Assembly (NCBI GenBank): GCA_012295275.1
Contig: CM022673.1
Span: 15,376,001-15,440,000, forward strand
Length of the DNA: 64,000 nucleotides
Reading direction: 5' to 3'
From: Chrysomallon squamiferum
Taxonomy: Eukaryota; Animalia; Mollusca
Numbering within the stretch: the stretch's first letter is position 1; the number at the start of each line of letters is the position of its first letter. A program made the translations under genes and the position numbers. Under the pieces are notes generated by a model that was not told the origin of the DNA, ran no database searches, and saw only the letters and a list, made by a program, of their open reading frames with translations. This document shows positions 14,358 to 29,715 of this stretch, piece by piece.

Positions 14358-14796
14358 TAAAATACAAGATAAATGTTCATGATAGCAGAGAATTAGGATA
14401 AATTGCATTTTTGAAAACAAATGAAGAAAAGTTAAGTATTAGTTAAAAGAAAATAACTATTACACTAGTCACCGCAAACATTGTTAGGTACTTTAAAAAA
14501 GATGTAATGCTGACATGTACAAATAAATGATGAACTTTTTTCTACCCATATCCCAGAAAAGTTTATACATTTAGATATTTCCTTTTTCTTAGCTAGACAT
14601 AAATAGATACACTGAGATAGCTAGATAGATAAATATAGACAGAAACAGTGACAGACAGAAAGAGACATAAAGAGAGACATATTATTTGTAGATGGTACGT
14701 ATATCTGTGCACATGTGTGTCTTTGTGTTTGTTTTATAACGAGGATGTAAAATATATAAACGGCTATCTAAAATTTGTCCTTGCTAATTGATTAAT
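14358..14796 (+). repeat. ~440 bp element, inverted copy of 22976-23409
   Basis: Long near-identical reverse-complement match (e.g. ctattacactagtcaccgcaaacattgttaggtactttaaaaaagatgtaatg). Confidence 0.9.
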
Positions 14797-15429
14797 CTTT
14801 AACATAAGATAAATAATAATATAAATTTATTTGAAGCTTTTGTTTTAGTTCTTTCCCATTTCCTTGATGATGTTCTGTGAAAAAAAAAAATAATAATAAT
14901 AAAATAAAAAGAATAAAAAGAATAAGCAAATATATAATAATAATATAAAAGTTAAAAAAAAAGAAAAAAGAAGTGAAACGAAGCATAAAATTATCAATAT
15001 CAACAATACTGGTACATGTACATATTAATCAGACTTGTAAATAATATATAAAACTGAATTCCCACAGCAGGTAGGAGCATTAAGTTTGGAATGAAAAGAA
15101 ATATATTTACAAAACGGTCACTTTAATTATTTATTTATATATCTATATTATTTCATTTTAAATCAAATAACTTCTTCAGTTGATTTTTTGCTAAACATGC
15201 CTTGTTCATGCAGTTGTAGTAAGAAACTTATATGAACATAATATAGAAATATTAATCATTAAAAAGGGTTATCAGAAGAAAAATAAATGTTCCATAGGTC
15301 TCTCAAAGGGGCTGTAGAACTACCCCGTTGAAGACAGTAGTTCAGCTAAATACAAAATTGTTTTGAAATTACCAAGACAGTTCCAGGGTGAAATTCCTTT
15401 TTAAAATGAATGAGATAGAAAATAAAAAA

Positions 15430-15619
<190 letters not shown>

Positions 15620-16710
15620 TCGTGATTAAAATTAAATATCCCAGTATCAAAACTAACATCAAAAACAGAAATATTGAAAATTACTTAAAACATTTTTTTA
15701 CCATCTTAGCTAATAACATTTGGACATCAATTCTGATTTGATGTGATGGACACATAATCGTGTTTAGATGAACACTTTTGGTGACATATAGCACTTTTTC
15801 TTTTCTTTTCGTTTTTTTCTTCTTTTTTTCCAACTGTAAATTACTCGATTATATATCAATAATAACGAAAAAAATACATTTTTGTAAGAAAAAGGAAAAT
15901 GAAAAAAACAACGAAAAAACAACATACAACAAAAATGACAGTAACTACAACAACAGTATCGGTTACTTGTAGGTTTTCTAAACTGAACACGGCATATCAC
16001 TGCATTTCCCACTTCCAACGCATGTACTTCCTGATGATCGATTAAAAGCAGACCATTTTCGAAGAAATCTTGGAGTGAAAAAATTCCAGTCTTCTTTACT
16101 GGATAAGATTCTTTCCAGGAAAAAATAAGATTCGATAAAATTAGCTGCTTTCGACGTTGTACTTTATTATAAACTCACAAAATCTGTATTTAACACCACA
16201 ACATATATATTTTCATCACTTTCATAAAAAAATCCTAATAATCTCATTTTCAGTTCTTCTGACAGAGCTTTACCTTTGTACTTAGTTCTAATGTACCCTT
16301 CTGCTTTTTTCTACGTGACAGCCTTTTCCTACGTAATTCCCTCTTCCAAAATCATCACCCATGAGGGGGTTACAGTAAAGTACTAAATCTGTGATATGTT
16401 TCGCTTTAAAAGCATTAAAAGTGGCAAAAAGGGCATTTTATGTTAGGTATGTACCCTTTAAGTGTATTCTACTGCTAAACCAAAAAAATATTACACTTAG
16501 CAAGAAAATGAGGATGTTAAACCCATTGGATGATTTGACATGAAGTGACCCTGTAATCTAGAAATGCTGCAGATTTCCATGAACAGGTACATTTTGAAGT
16601 TGTATTGCAATTCTTAATCGGAATCACATTCATATGTGCAGTCAGTCACATGAGGATGCATGACTGATAAGTAAATAAACAGAAAATGAGACAAAAAGAA
16701 GGGCAGTCGG

Positions 16711-16801
<91 letters not shown>

Positions 16802-17894
16802 TAATAATACCTTTTTGTTGATTGTTTTCCAGTGAAAATAGAATGATGAAATAAATTTATATAAAAGTATCAATAATTTTATTCAGCTGATACTCGCGAA
16901 TTTCTGCCGTTGATTTGAATTATAGAAATTTGAACGGTAAAAATACAAAAATCTGAGGATACTTTTTTTCTCATCATTTTCGAAAGTTAAGATAGAGAGA
17001 GAGAGATTCGAAATATGTAATTATATTTTAATTTTATTTTTACAATCTTCATTTGTTTTATATGTATAATATCGCAACAATAAAGAAACAAACATTCAAG
17101 CTAATGAAATAGATACAGGTTTGAAAATATACAAAAAAATTAAAATAAATAAATGAATAAATGATTACATAAAATTTATAAAATACACACACATGCATAC
17201 ACACACACATGCACACACACGCACACACACACACACACATATATACATACACATACTTACACACATATAAATAAATAAATACATACACACACAAACGGGA
17301 GACAACTCTCTAATATGTGGATCTTTTAAGACGGGGCTTTTCAAAAATTTCACTCATGGAACCCACAGAGAGTGAGCGAAAGAATTATGGAACTTAAAAA
17401 CTAAGAGATATCGAAATTTACTTTTTTGATATTAATCGTTATTTTATGATTATTCTGTCAAATTTGACTGATGTGTTATCAGAAAGATGGCAAAGAAATA
17501 AAGTGGGGATTCAATTTGGATTTTTTGGATCATGAAACTTCGGATATGAATGAATTCTTTCTCTGAAATTCGGTATAAAACCATTGATAGTTTCTTCTGA
17601 AGCCCGTGTGAAAATGCCTGTCGTGCTTATTTAAACAATATATGTATTATATGAAAATAGACATGAGAATGCGCCATGGCGTATTAGTCAAAAAGGGTAT
17701 TGATGATGAGTGACAGCTGTAGTTTGTACACCAGATTTTGAACGAAGCTATACCACTTATCGAAGAATAAGAAATATTTGGCAGTGGAGAGTCAAAGAAT
17801 ACATTCCCAGACACCACTAGACAGAATATTACCTGAATCCATAGGAATATGAAAATGTGTAAGTCTTCTGCACAACAGATCTGATTGAAGTCCA

Positions 17895-18065
<171 letters not shown>

Positions 18066-18508
18066 ACTTTGTTGTATTTATATATGTTGCAACATTTATA
18101 ATTTATCCGACATACTCAGAACATATTTCCCGACTGATAGCTGCACATTTGAACAGTAATAAATAAGTTAAAAAATATTTACATAAAAATATTTTTACTT
18201 AAATTCTAAACTATTATTGTTTCCTTGTTGCTTTTGTGTTATTATTATTATTATTTTTAACAGTTTATTTTTATGAATTAATTCATGAAATAAATAGCAT
18301 CTGTTAACATATTAGATATTTAAGAGTTGTGCTGACGGATTGCCACGTATGAAATCTATTTGACTAATACATGCAAATAATTTTATTCATTTAACTTACC
18401 CTGTTTTTTATATTAGTTAATCTGAAATATTTCAGCAGTAAGTTATAAATACAGCCTTTCGTTCAAAATATTATTTTACTTCTATTATTACCTTATTTTT
18501 TATATATA

Positions 18509-18567
<59 letters not shown>

Positions 18568-19219
18568 TACATATATACACAATCATAGACAAATATGTAT
18601 GGTGTATATGTATACATGTATGAATGTATGCAGGCATATCTATAGATGTATGGATACATTTTATTTATGTACGTTTGTATTTATTGATATGTGGGTGTAT
18701 ATGTGTGTGTATATATATATATATATATGCATATATATGTGGACATGCACATAGAGGTACATATAAATAAGGTAATAATTGAGGTAAAATAATATGTGTG
18801 TATGCGTCTGTGCATGTTGCTGCGTGCTTACGTGTATATATGTATGTGTGTCTCTGACTAAGAAACATTTTAACGTCTCTGCTTCTTGTAATTCTAAAAC
18901 ATTTTACACTTCACCTCGATTATTATTCTTGTGTTTAAAAATAAAATGAAATCACGAAATTCCTTATTGATAGGTTTAGAAAATTTTTTAAATACATATA
19001 TAAGCTTGTGTGTATATAAATATATATATATATACACACACACACACAACGCAAGCACGCATATTAATGACATTTCGTTGTTGTTTTTTCAAAATTATAA
19101 TATATCGCCGTGTGCGCAGACTTCAAATTAGAATAAGTTTTTAAATTGATATACCTTTTCTGTTGTTTTTGTTTTTGTTTTGTTTTTTGTTTTTTATCTG
19201 CGTAATTTTTATATTTCAG

Positions 19220-19289
19220 ATGATTTCGTTGTATATAAAAGTGATATTAATAATCAGATGGATGTACACAGTTATTGGGATAATCGTTG
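19220..19289 (+). CDS. Gene B signal-peptide exon (MISLYIKVILIIRWMYTVIGIIV)
   Basis: tttcag|ATG, 70 nt, G|gtacga; RW(I/M)Y motif shared with the gene A signal exon. Confidence 0.78.
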
Positions 19290-19505
19290 GTACGAATCAA
19301 ATGCTTTAAATAAATAAAGAAAGAAAGAAAGAAATAATAATCACTATTCAGAGTCGCAAAAGAAACTACAACCACTGCTACATATATTACTTCAACTAAC
19401 CCTAAAACTACTTCTACGGCTACCAGCAACAGTTTCAACTACAGCAGCAACAGCTACCACTGCAGACGGTAATAACCTGGTCAATCCGAAAGAAAAAGAA
19501 AATAA

Positions 19506-19540
<35 letters not shown>

Positions 19541-19619
19541 GGAAGAAGGAAAAAAATATAACTACATCCTGGTTAAAGAGCGAATATAAATATCAGCTAT
19601 TTAAAACTTTGTATTTCAG

Positions 19620-19889
19620 GTCCGAATTGTTATCGCCTTGATTCACATTCATATTCACTGTATACTGGATTTAAATCAACGACATATTCTGGAGTGAAGT
19701 GTCAAATGTGGAACTCACAACAACCTCACAGTCACGGTTACAAAATAGACAACATGTATCCTGATGGATCTGTGGATAAAGCTAAAAATTTCTGTCGAGA
19801 CCCTAGTAAGGTTGGTTTTCCATGGTGTTACACTATGGATCCTTATAAACGGTGGCAACCGTGCGGTATTTCACCTTGTCAAAATGAAG
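19620..19889 (+). CDS. Gene B kringle exon 1
   Basis: GPNCY..CQMWN..PHSH..NFCRDPSKVGFPWCY..; ttcag|..G|gtaatc; 270 nt. Confidence 0.92.
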
Positions 19890-19920
19890 GTAATCAGTTA
19901 GTGTGTGTGTGTGTGTGTGT

Positions 19921-20067
<147 letters not shown>

Positions 20068-20461
20068 TCTCTCTCGTAATAATATCCTTACAATAGACAA
20101 GTGTATTATGATGATGATTTAAGCTGATCTAGATTTATTTTAAATTAGTTTTAACTGAACAACCAAATATATTAAAAAGTATAATAAAATAACATACATT
20201 TGGCAAAATAGATAAAATATTTATAATGCATGAGACTGTAGTCAGTATATAATTGCACTTAATGTCGCACATTTGAGCATTAATAAATAAATAAAATAAA
20301 ATATTGACAACATCAAAAATGCTTTTGTTTAAATTGAATTGTAAAGCATCATCATCATCATCATTATTGTTGTTAATATTATTATTAGTAGTAGTATTAT
20401 GATTATTATTATTATTATTATTATTTTTTTATTATTATTATTTTATATCGATACTTCCTAG

Positions 20462-20722
20462 GACAGAACTGCTATTATATCAGGAATGGATATGCCATAT
20501 ATGAAGGGTCCAGCAATCTAACAATATATAGTGATCCTTGTCAAAGATGGGACTCGCAGAAACCTCATGAACACCATTTCACCTATCCTGTTTTGTTTCA
20601 CGTAGGCCATTTATCTCAAGTTGAAAATTTCTGTCGTGATCCTACAGGTAAAGGTATGCCGTGGTGTTTATCTATGAATACGAAAGATGAACGAACGTCA
20701 TGTGGCATTCGAAAATGTGCAG
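20462..20722 (+). CDS. Gene B kringle exon 2 (not in ORF track)
   Basis: GQNCYYIRNGYAIYEG..CQRWDSQKPHEHHF..NFCRDPTGKGMPWC..CGIRKC; cctag|..G|gttagt; 261 nt open. Confidence 0.92.
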
Positions 20723-20761
20723 GTTAGTAAGTCATACTTTCTTTCTTTCTTTCTCTCAACA

Positions 20762-20858
20762 GCTACTGATATTAAATGTCAAAAATGGGACAGAACAGAC
20801 CTCATAGACACGATTTATGGTTTACTTAGAAATCGATATCTGCTACAGATAACTTTCT
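20762..20858 (+). pseudogene. Degenerate intronic kringle fragment
   Basis: KCQKWDR, then frameshifted RPHRHD..*KSISATDNF, matching the kringle middle segment. Confidence 0.65.
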
Positions 20859-21249
20859 TAATAACAGTAAAGAACCGATAATACGCTAATACATTTTCTT
20901 TTCTAGCATCATAATATGCCGTATAGCAACGGATTATAGTTGATTTAGTACGAAAAACGGTAGCAACAGTGATTACAATCAATTTTATATCAATGTGCAG
21001 CATCTTAGATGTTCTACCTTACCGTATGTTGCACTATGGTTTTATTATTTTTAAATTATTCAAAATAATGGTGTCGAGGGTATAGTGTTGAGGGTTTCAA
21101 TACTCTTTGATATACAATCTCGCATATTCTATTCATATAACATCAGATTCTTCTTTTTTTCTGTGATTTATTTTGGATAAGATATCACTTGTTCTTTTTT
21201 CTGTATATAAATATATATATATATATTCATTCAATATTCCTAATTTCAG

Positions 21250-21504
21250 ATTGCTTTACTATAAGAAATAATAAAGCTTTCTACGTGGGACATAAGAGAT
21301 CGACATACAGCGGCTTGACGTGTCAGAGATGGGACAGACAAAAGCCACACGGCCACCATTTTACCTCTGATTCCATGTTTCCAGATGGATCCGTGACCGG
21401 CGCAGAAAACTACTGTCGTGATCCAGATGGTACAGGTGCACCATGGTGTTTAACGACGAAAAAATCTCCTGCAAGAGAGACGTGCGCTGTAGTGCCTTGT
21501 CCAG
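21250..21504 (+). CDS. Gene B kringle exon 3
   Basis: DCF..CQRWDRQKPHGHHF..NYCRDPDGTGAPWC..RETC..PCP; ttcag|..G|gttagc; 255 nt. Confidence 0.93.
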
Positions 21505-22975
21505 GTTAGCACCTTATCAGCTTGAACGCAATTACTGTTTGTATTAAATTGTCATACAACATACAGAACGATGTACAATAGATCCACTGATCTGATTAAG
21601 AAGCTTCTTGGAACATTTTATCTTTTTTATTATTTTTTTTTTTTTTTTAATGCTGCTTTATTGTAAATCACAGAACCAATGAGAGACAAAATTCTGAGGA
21701 TAGAACTCCTGCTGAACGTGTTTCAATAATATATGTCAGAATATTTCAAAGTGTCCGATATTTAAAGATAATTTCTCGACATACTTTGATAAGAAGAATC
21801 AACCATTGACTTACAGCAGTTGCTGAACAGATGAACGCAACTCGTACAAGATGCAATGTTATTTATGTAATTTATTAACAAGAGGCACCACGTCAAGAAA
21901 GAAAAATAATATTCCAAAAACTACTTTTTACTGCATACTTTTGCAGTATAACTGAAACAGTCGTTATTTGTTTTATATACTAAGTGGTTGTCTCAATGAA
22001 CTAGAAGCCAACTATGTAACTTTTAATGTCCGTCTATTACTATAGTATATGTATGTTTTTACAAGGTATTAAAAGCCAGGATAAAGTATTTTTACAACAA
22101 ACAGTGTTCGGGTAGGTGGGAATCTTTGTGCTGAGGAATGGCATAGTTAATGGATATTCAATCATAAGGAAATCCATTTAGCAGACTAGACGATCAGATT
22201 ACTGCTAACGAAAGAACTCTGTTTGGAAACGTTAATATTTAAGTGCTACAACACGACAGAGGACATATACACTGGTACTTCGATTTACGAGTGCTCCAAC
22301 TAACGAGTTTTTGAATATGCTGAATATTATAATAGAAAATACTGAAGTTATCTTACAAATGTCTTTGTACTGAATGCCAGAAGGAATGAATACGTGCCAA
22401 AATAAAAGGGTTTATAGTGAGACCATTACTGTCAAAAGATTTTCGATCTTGTAACCAAACTCTTACATAACAGTTTGCATAAGTAATAGCTTTGAACATA
22501 TTAAAGTAGCTTATTTGGACGTGTTAGCCATTAAAAGTTACTGTGAACGGATTCTAAATTGGCTGCTGATTATAATAAAATTAATTTTAACAATTATCTT
22601 CAGTGCTTTGAAATGTTTCATAGATATACAATTAATAGACTAGGATAGTAAGATTAAAATGTATTTATCTTATGTTAATTAGTTGGAGATCATAGTTTTT
22701 TGCTTATTTATTTATTTAATAAGAATAATAATAATATTAATAGCAACAACTATAGTTATAATAATAATAATTAGTATGATTATTATTATTATCATCATCA
22801 TCATTATCATTATTTTCTCTTTGTGAAGATAAATTGCATGATTATATTGCATCTTATTTCTAGGTGCGTTTGCATTTAAAGAAATTACAATCAATCAATG
22901 ATCGACTGATCACTTCAAGTTGTGTATCCAGAAATTACCTTGAAAAGTCATGCAATGCGTATATTTTGTGAAACA

Positions 22976-23409
22976 TTAATCAATCAGCAAGGACATCTTT
23001 TAGATAGCCGTTTATATATTTTACATCCTGTTTATAAAACAAACACAAAGACACACATGTGCACACAAATACATACCATCTACAAATAATCTGTCTCTCT
23101 TTATGTCTCTTTCTGTCTGCCTCTGTCTCTGTCTATATGTATCTGTCTAGCTATCTATTTATCTATTTATGTCTAGCTAAGAAAAAGGAAATATCTAAAT
23201 GTATAAATTTTCTGGGATATGGGTAGAAAAACGTTCATCATTTATTTGTACATGTCAACATTACATCTTTTTTAAAGTACCTAACAATGTTTGCGGTGAC
23301 TAGTGTAATAGTTATTTTCTTTTAACTAATACTTAACTTTTCTTCATTTGTGCTCAAAAATTCAATTCGTCCTAACTCTCTGCTACCATGAACAATTATC
23401 TTGTATTTT
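22976..23409 (-). repeat. Inverted copy of 14358-14796 inside the gene B intron
   Basis: Reverse-complement match. Confidence 0.9.
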
Positions 23410-23587
23410 GTCCATGAATCTGAGGTGCCAGATGAAATGTGGCATCCCTTCTTGTGAGAAAGTATTAAAAATATTTACATAATCCCAAGAAATTTCTGAA
23501 TCAAAACAAGAACATTTTTTAGATATAGCAATAAAGTTGAAAAGAAAAATCATTACAGAACAGAATATAAATATCATTTCATTTCAG

Positions 23588-23845
23588 AAACAGAATGCTA
23601 TGTTAAAGGGGAGAAGAACGCTCTTTATCAAGGTGCGAAGTCTAGGACTTTACTGGGTTACGAATGTCAACGGTGGGATAGTCCTTTTCCTCATATGCAT
23701 TATTACGGGGAAAAGGACTTTATAGAAAACTCGCTAACAAAAGCAGAGAACTACTGTCGCGATCCATCTAAGGTGGGTTTCGTGTGGTGCTATACTACTG
23801 ACAAAAACAAAGTATGGGACAGATGTGGCGTGGCGGCTTGTACAG
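23588..23845 (+). CDS. Gene B kringle exon 4 (not in ORF track in this frame)
   Basis: ETECYVKGEKNALYQG..LGYECQRWDSPFPHMH..NYCRDPSKVGFVWCYTTD..WDRC; ttcag|..G|gtttga; 258 nt. Confidence 0.92.
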
Positions 23846-24208
23846 GTTTGAATCTTGTTGTGTGAACATTCGGTTTATTATTGTCTGAACAAAGATCATT
23901 TAAATCGGGAATGAGTTCCAAGTGGATATTATTATTGTTGTTGTTGCTATAGCTGTTTTTATTAGCATTATTTTTATTATTATGGTTGTCATTGTTATTG
24001 TTGTTATGATTATTAGTGTTGTTGTTGTTGTTGACTACACTGTTATTATGATTTGGCTTTTGGATGTAGATTTAGTTTCCTGTTGTTGTATTTCGATGGT
24101 TTTAAAATTTATTTTGTTATTTATTTATTTATTTATTTATCTTTATTTTCGGGAATAACATAATTATCAATCTGAAATTACAAGCATATATTCTAAAACT
24201 TATTATTA

Positions 24209-24250
<42 letters not shown>

Positions 24251-24286
24251 TATAATTTTTTCTTTTCTGAAATACTTCATTCTCAG

Positions 24287-24523
24287 ATAAAGACTGCTAC
24301 GAAAAAATTGAAAACAGCTTAGTGTACATTGGTAAAGTCAATAAGACAGTAAAAGGCTATGACTGTCAAAGATGGGACAACATCACTGATATGCTGCCAA
24401 AGATTAACGAGAAAGAACTATTTGAAAACTACTGCCGCGACCCATCTGACGATGGTTTCTTGTGGTGCTACACAACTGATCCAAGCGTCAAGTGGGACAA
24501 ATGTGACGTTCCCGCTTGTTCAG
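24287..24523 (+). CDS. Gene B kringle exon 5 (8-aa shorter loop)
   Basis: DKDCY..CQRWD..NYCRDPSDDGFLWCYTTDP..; ctcag|..G|gttagt; 237 nt. Confidence 0.92.
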
Positions 24524-24669
24524 GTTAGTGTTTGGCATTTCACTTTTTTTATCATATACTTCTCATATAATAAACAAACAAACAAACTAAACATATAAAA
24601 TAAGAAATAAACCGGAGAAATATAATCGTATACACCAATCCTAATTCCGATATTCTTTATTATCTTCAT

Positions 24670-24716
<47 letters not shown>

Positions 24717-25039
24717 TTGATGAAGTAGAACTAGTATTAGGAAAAACGACAATGAATACTTGATGAGTTTCGGTATAATGTTGAATGTCTGTGAAAGTTG
24801 AGTTATGTCATTAAATCTACATTAATTATGAATTAAAATACATTTATCAGATATTTCCTCTTACGTACAGAGCATTTTATGAAAGTGTACAAAATGTCAC
24901 AGTCGTCACTGTGAAGTCCATCACACACAGATTTCCTTATACTTTAATGTTCAAACTAATTTAAAATGCATAGTGCCTTACAGACATTTTAATTCGCTGC
25001 AGTGACACATTTTTATTTGTACAATTTTAATTTTTTCAG

Positions 25040-25200
25040 ACATTTTTGAAACAAAGTAAGTCGGCTTTTATCCATGTGCTTTTGATGTATCACCCGTCAC
25101 GCACATATTTCAGATTATCCATCAAGCCCAGGTTCTTTTTTCTGTCTCTTACAGAAGACCTAGTTCTTGGCGGTACCATTCTATCAATCAGGGCAGTTGA
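25040..25200 (+). CDS. Candidate gene B tail exons 25040-25055 and 25155-25200 (DIFETK RPSSWRYHSINQGS*)
   Basis: Strong acceptors (ttttttcag; tctgtctcttacag), donor AA|gtaagt; phases join in frame to a TGA. No homology support. Confidence 0.4.
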
Positions 25201-25820
25201 AATTACCTCCAAATCCACTGAATATAATGTCTGTCACGATTGCATTGTCCATATACAAATATATTACTGTAGTTGACTTCTTTTTTAGATGAAAGAGAGA
25301 AGAACAAAAGTTCGCCTGACGTGGTCACTGAAACTTTGCCAGGAATTAATTGAAGTATGCGTTAATTCTTTACTTATAGTACTTATAGTATTTGTTACAA
25401 ACCTATTAATCTAAAACATTTTTAGCATAGCCTTCTTTCTCCTGCACGTATATTTTAAAAGCAAATTTGAATCATAATCCTATTAATGAGTTGTGAGATT
25501 TTATATTTAAAATCTAAAGCAAATTTCTGATTCAGTCATGTTTTTCTTATTCCCTCGTCGCAGATGTCAGAAGCTTCTATTATAGCGAAACTGGATTTAA
25601 TAGCTACAAGTGGTTCTGGCTTTAACACCATTTATATATACAGACTGTAAATATTAATTAAAAAAGTATAACTTAATGTTGAAAATTTATTGTTTTGATT
25701 TTGACTTGCTAGTATATTTATGATATTGAATCAGACATTAGAAAATAATTCGTATTGCCAAAGACATTGAATGTGAAACCATTTTCAAGTGAAAAATACA
25801 GGCAATCAGCAAATAATGAA

Positions 25821-25922
<102 letters not shown>

Positions 25923-27155
25923 GTCTGTCTGTCTGTCTCTCTATCTATCTATCGGCCTACGTATTTGTCTGTTTATATGACTGTGCATCTTTCTGTCTGT
26001 TTTTCTCTGTGAATATGTATGTGTATATGATAGATAGAAAGATGCCAAAAAAATTAATAATATAACAACAACAATAATAATAATAATACAGGAGTAAGAT
26101 TATGTTGATGATAAAAGAGCTGAGAGAGAGAAATAGATTTAGAGAGAATGTGTTTCCTGCAGTTATTTATTTGTTTTTAGAACTAAAACTAAAATAATAA
26201 TCAACAATCAGTCAAAATAAAACAAACAATGAAACCAACCAAAATAACAAAAACAGAAAAACCCAACAAAAACAAAACAAAACATGAACAACCCACGAAC
26301 AAAAAATAAACAAATTAACGAATAAATAATAACAACAATAATAATAACAACAATGATAATGATAATAATAAAAACAATAATAATTAAATAAAAAGAGAGA
26401 TATTCATTTCTGTTGCTTTTTCACATTATTTTCAAGCGATATCTTTACAGACTATAGATTTCATAAACAGAGTAAGTAGGAAAAAATACTGCAGACTATT
26501 ACATTTAGAATTAATTGTTTTCCTCTGCCAAAAACTGTAGAGTTAATACCAACAGTAGCAATAAGAAAAACAACATTAATAATAAGAAGAACAACAACCA
26601 CAATAATATTAATGATAATAATGATAATAATAATAATAATATTAACAATAATAATAATATTAATAATAATAATAATAGTAATAATAATAATAATAATAAT
26701 TAAAATTATTAGTATTGTTGGTGTTGTTGTTGATGATATTATTATTATTATTATTATTATTATGAAAGAAATTTATTGCCTTTAATTATCTATTTATCTA
26801 TTAATTTATTTATTTTTAACATGTTTATTATTATTATTTAATTTTTTAACTAAAAAACGTATGTCATTTCAAACGGCATGTTAATGTACACAGAATGTGT
26901 ATATTTAAAGATGAATATTCTGTTTTGTTACGCGCGTCTGATTAGATTCTGCACATAACAATGTTCGGAAACGCACTGGCGCTTTCGTCCAAACACGACC
27001 TCACAGACGCCAGAGTGCACGCATTCACCCGCATTCACCCGCAGTCCGTAGGCGGACGACCATGTAACTCTGCCACCAAGGCAACGGAAATATTCTATTT
27101 ATTTATTTATTCATTTATTTATTTTTATTTTTATGTTTGTTTTTATTTATTTTTA

Positions 27156-27212
<57 letters not shown>

Positions 27213-28153
27213 TTTTGTAATTTCTTTTATTTTAATTAACATAACTGATTTGAAAAGGCGTATCAATGTACTCAGAATGCTTGTAGGCATCTATTTGCTT
27301 ATATATGTATGCATGTACATATACATATATGTATATATCTACGTATACTTATAGGTATGCAGTTATCACTGATATGTATAACTCTGCTTTAGACATTGAG
27401 TTGCCGTATTTGCCGTGAAAAATTTGGATGAAAACTGACAAAAACGTAATTTTATCTCAGATACAAAATTTACAAAACCTGCTATAAAACAAAAACAAAA
27501 ACAACAACAAATGTTGTCTACAAAATTATCAACAACAGTCAAAAAAACACGAAAACATTGCTCACAGACTGACAGGAGTTTGATTTTATCTGCACGTCAT
27601 TTGCATTTTACAGTAATTTGCATATGTTTATTTTCTTTTTTTATTATTTATTTTCTTTTTTTTAACAATTCCAGATATATGACTGATGTTATGGGTCTGT
27701 AAAAAGTTTTAGCATAATAGAAATGTAATTTACACATTAGAAAAAAAAACAAATTTTCCTGTTTTCATAATGTTTTCGTATTTAATTTTGCTTTTTTTTT
27801 ATTTTTTAAATTAAAACTTTTTGCTTTTTCTTTCAAACAAATAAATAAACAAAAATAATAAAAATTAAAAAGTTTATACAAATTAAAGCAAGCAAAAAAT
27901 TTCAATAATTGTACAGGACACGAAAAAATACCGACATTTCTTGTTAAATTTACTGAAGTAAATATATTTTTTACAATGAAAGGGAACAAACATTATTTGA
28001 AAAAAGTGCTCTCTACGTCAGTATTGCTCGTCAGATATGTGGGATATTTACTGAAAGATAAACAAAATATAAAATGAAAGATATTTACAATAATTCAGTA
28101 TAGAGTTATTGTCGTTGTTCTTATTATTGTTACTGTTTCCATTATTATCATTA

Positions 28154-28229
<76 letters not shown>

Positions 28230-29077
28230 TGTTGTTATTGTTTTTGTTGTTGTTCAAAAGATTTCGCTAATAGCCGAAAGATGGACGGAAAATAATGCAC
28301 ACAATTTATCAATACTTATACTTAATTTATCTTCATATTTAAAAAAACAAAGTCTACAAACTGTACACTGTTAGACTTGGTTTCTTCAATTAGGTAAACT
28401 GAATACACTGACAATAAAGAAAAATTACCGATAATACCATGATAAAAAAAACTGAGAAAAACAAAAACAATCAAAAACGATTTTAGTCACCAAAATAAAA
28501 TGTTATTTCATTTCCACACAGTAGATCAGAACCACAGTCGAGCCATAGTTAAACATCTGGAACACACATACACATGTAGAAATACACACATAAACCTACA
28601 TATAAATACAAACATACACAAATAAACTACATATGTATGTATACTTATATCTAAATGCATATACATTATATACGTACACGCACACACATATACACTCACA
28701 CACACGTGTATATTTATACGTTTGTGGTTTATTATATAAAGTTTTTAAAAAATATACGAAGTTTTAAATCGAAACATCTGCATTATTTAAAATTTAATAC
28801 AGTAATTTCTATTTATGAAGTGCCACGTATTAAATTATATATATATGTATAAATGCATTATACACAATATTTATATTTATACTGGAATACATACTATCCT
28901 TTTCCTTATTTGATCAGTTTCGAAGGTTGCAATGGTAAGTTATACATAACAGCTATGTTTAGATTTTATTTCAGACTGTAGTAATAATAATAATAATTTA
29001 TTTAAATTTATTTTTATTTATTAATTTTCTTTTCGTTTTTCTAATCTTGTGTGTGTATATACAAATACATCTGTACA

Positions 29078-29109
<32 letters not shown>

Positions 29110-29216
29110 CATATACATATATATACACACAAACGTACATACACGCACACAGAAACACACATATATATATGTTCACTATTATACATACCTTTATCGCTAC
29201 AATCTGTGCATTGCAG

Positions 29217-29265
29217 ATCGAATTCCTGTTTCTGAATCTGATTGTTAGTTCCGACTCAAACGCAG
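29217..29265 (+). pseudogene. Unit C signal-peptide exon (IEFLFLNLIVSSDSNA), ATC in place of ATG
   Basis: ttgcag|ATC GAA TTC CTG..GCA G|gtaaat; aligns to MNFFILNLI / MELLLMNVL; 49 nt (70 minus 21). A possible upstream ATG|gtaagt lies at 28932-28934. Confidence 0.65.
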
Positions 29266-29375
29266 GTAAATGAATTTTCTTATTTTTGATATCTCTCAGT
29301 ATATAATTCTGTTCATATGTACAGGTATATATGAATGTACATAAATCTAAATGTCTGTTTTTCGGTATATTTAAA

Positions 29376-29518
<143 letters not shown>

Positions 29519-29715
29519 ATCTCTCTGTATATATGTATGTGTGTCTTTGTTCTATAAGATATATTCTAAATTTGATGAAAAGATGAAAATATAGAAAAGA
29601 GCTAAATTAAAAAATCAAGATAGAAAAACAAAAATGTAAATAAATAAATAAATAAAAAGCAATAAATAAATCTTTGTTAATATTGCTTATTATAAACTGT
29701 TAAATACTCCGTTAG

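Noticed and set aside
17660-17860. APWRI / FPDTT motifs as a very degraded kringle
   Set aside because: Motifs are out of order and no CQRW or CRDP anchor is present.
21560-22560. Possible decayed transposase in the gene B intron
   Set aside because: Complexity is suggestive, but I could not recover any diagnostic motif by eye.
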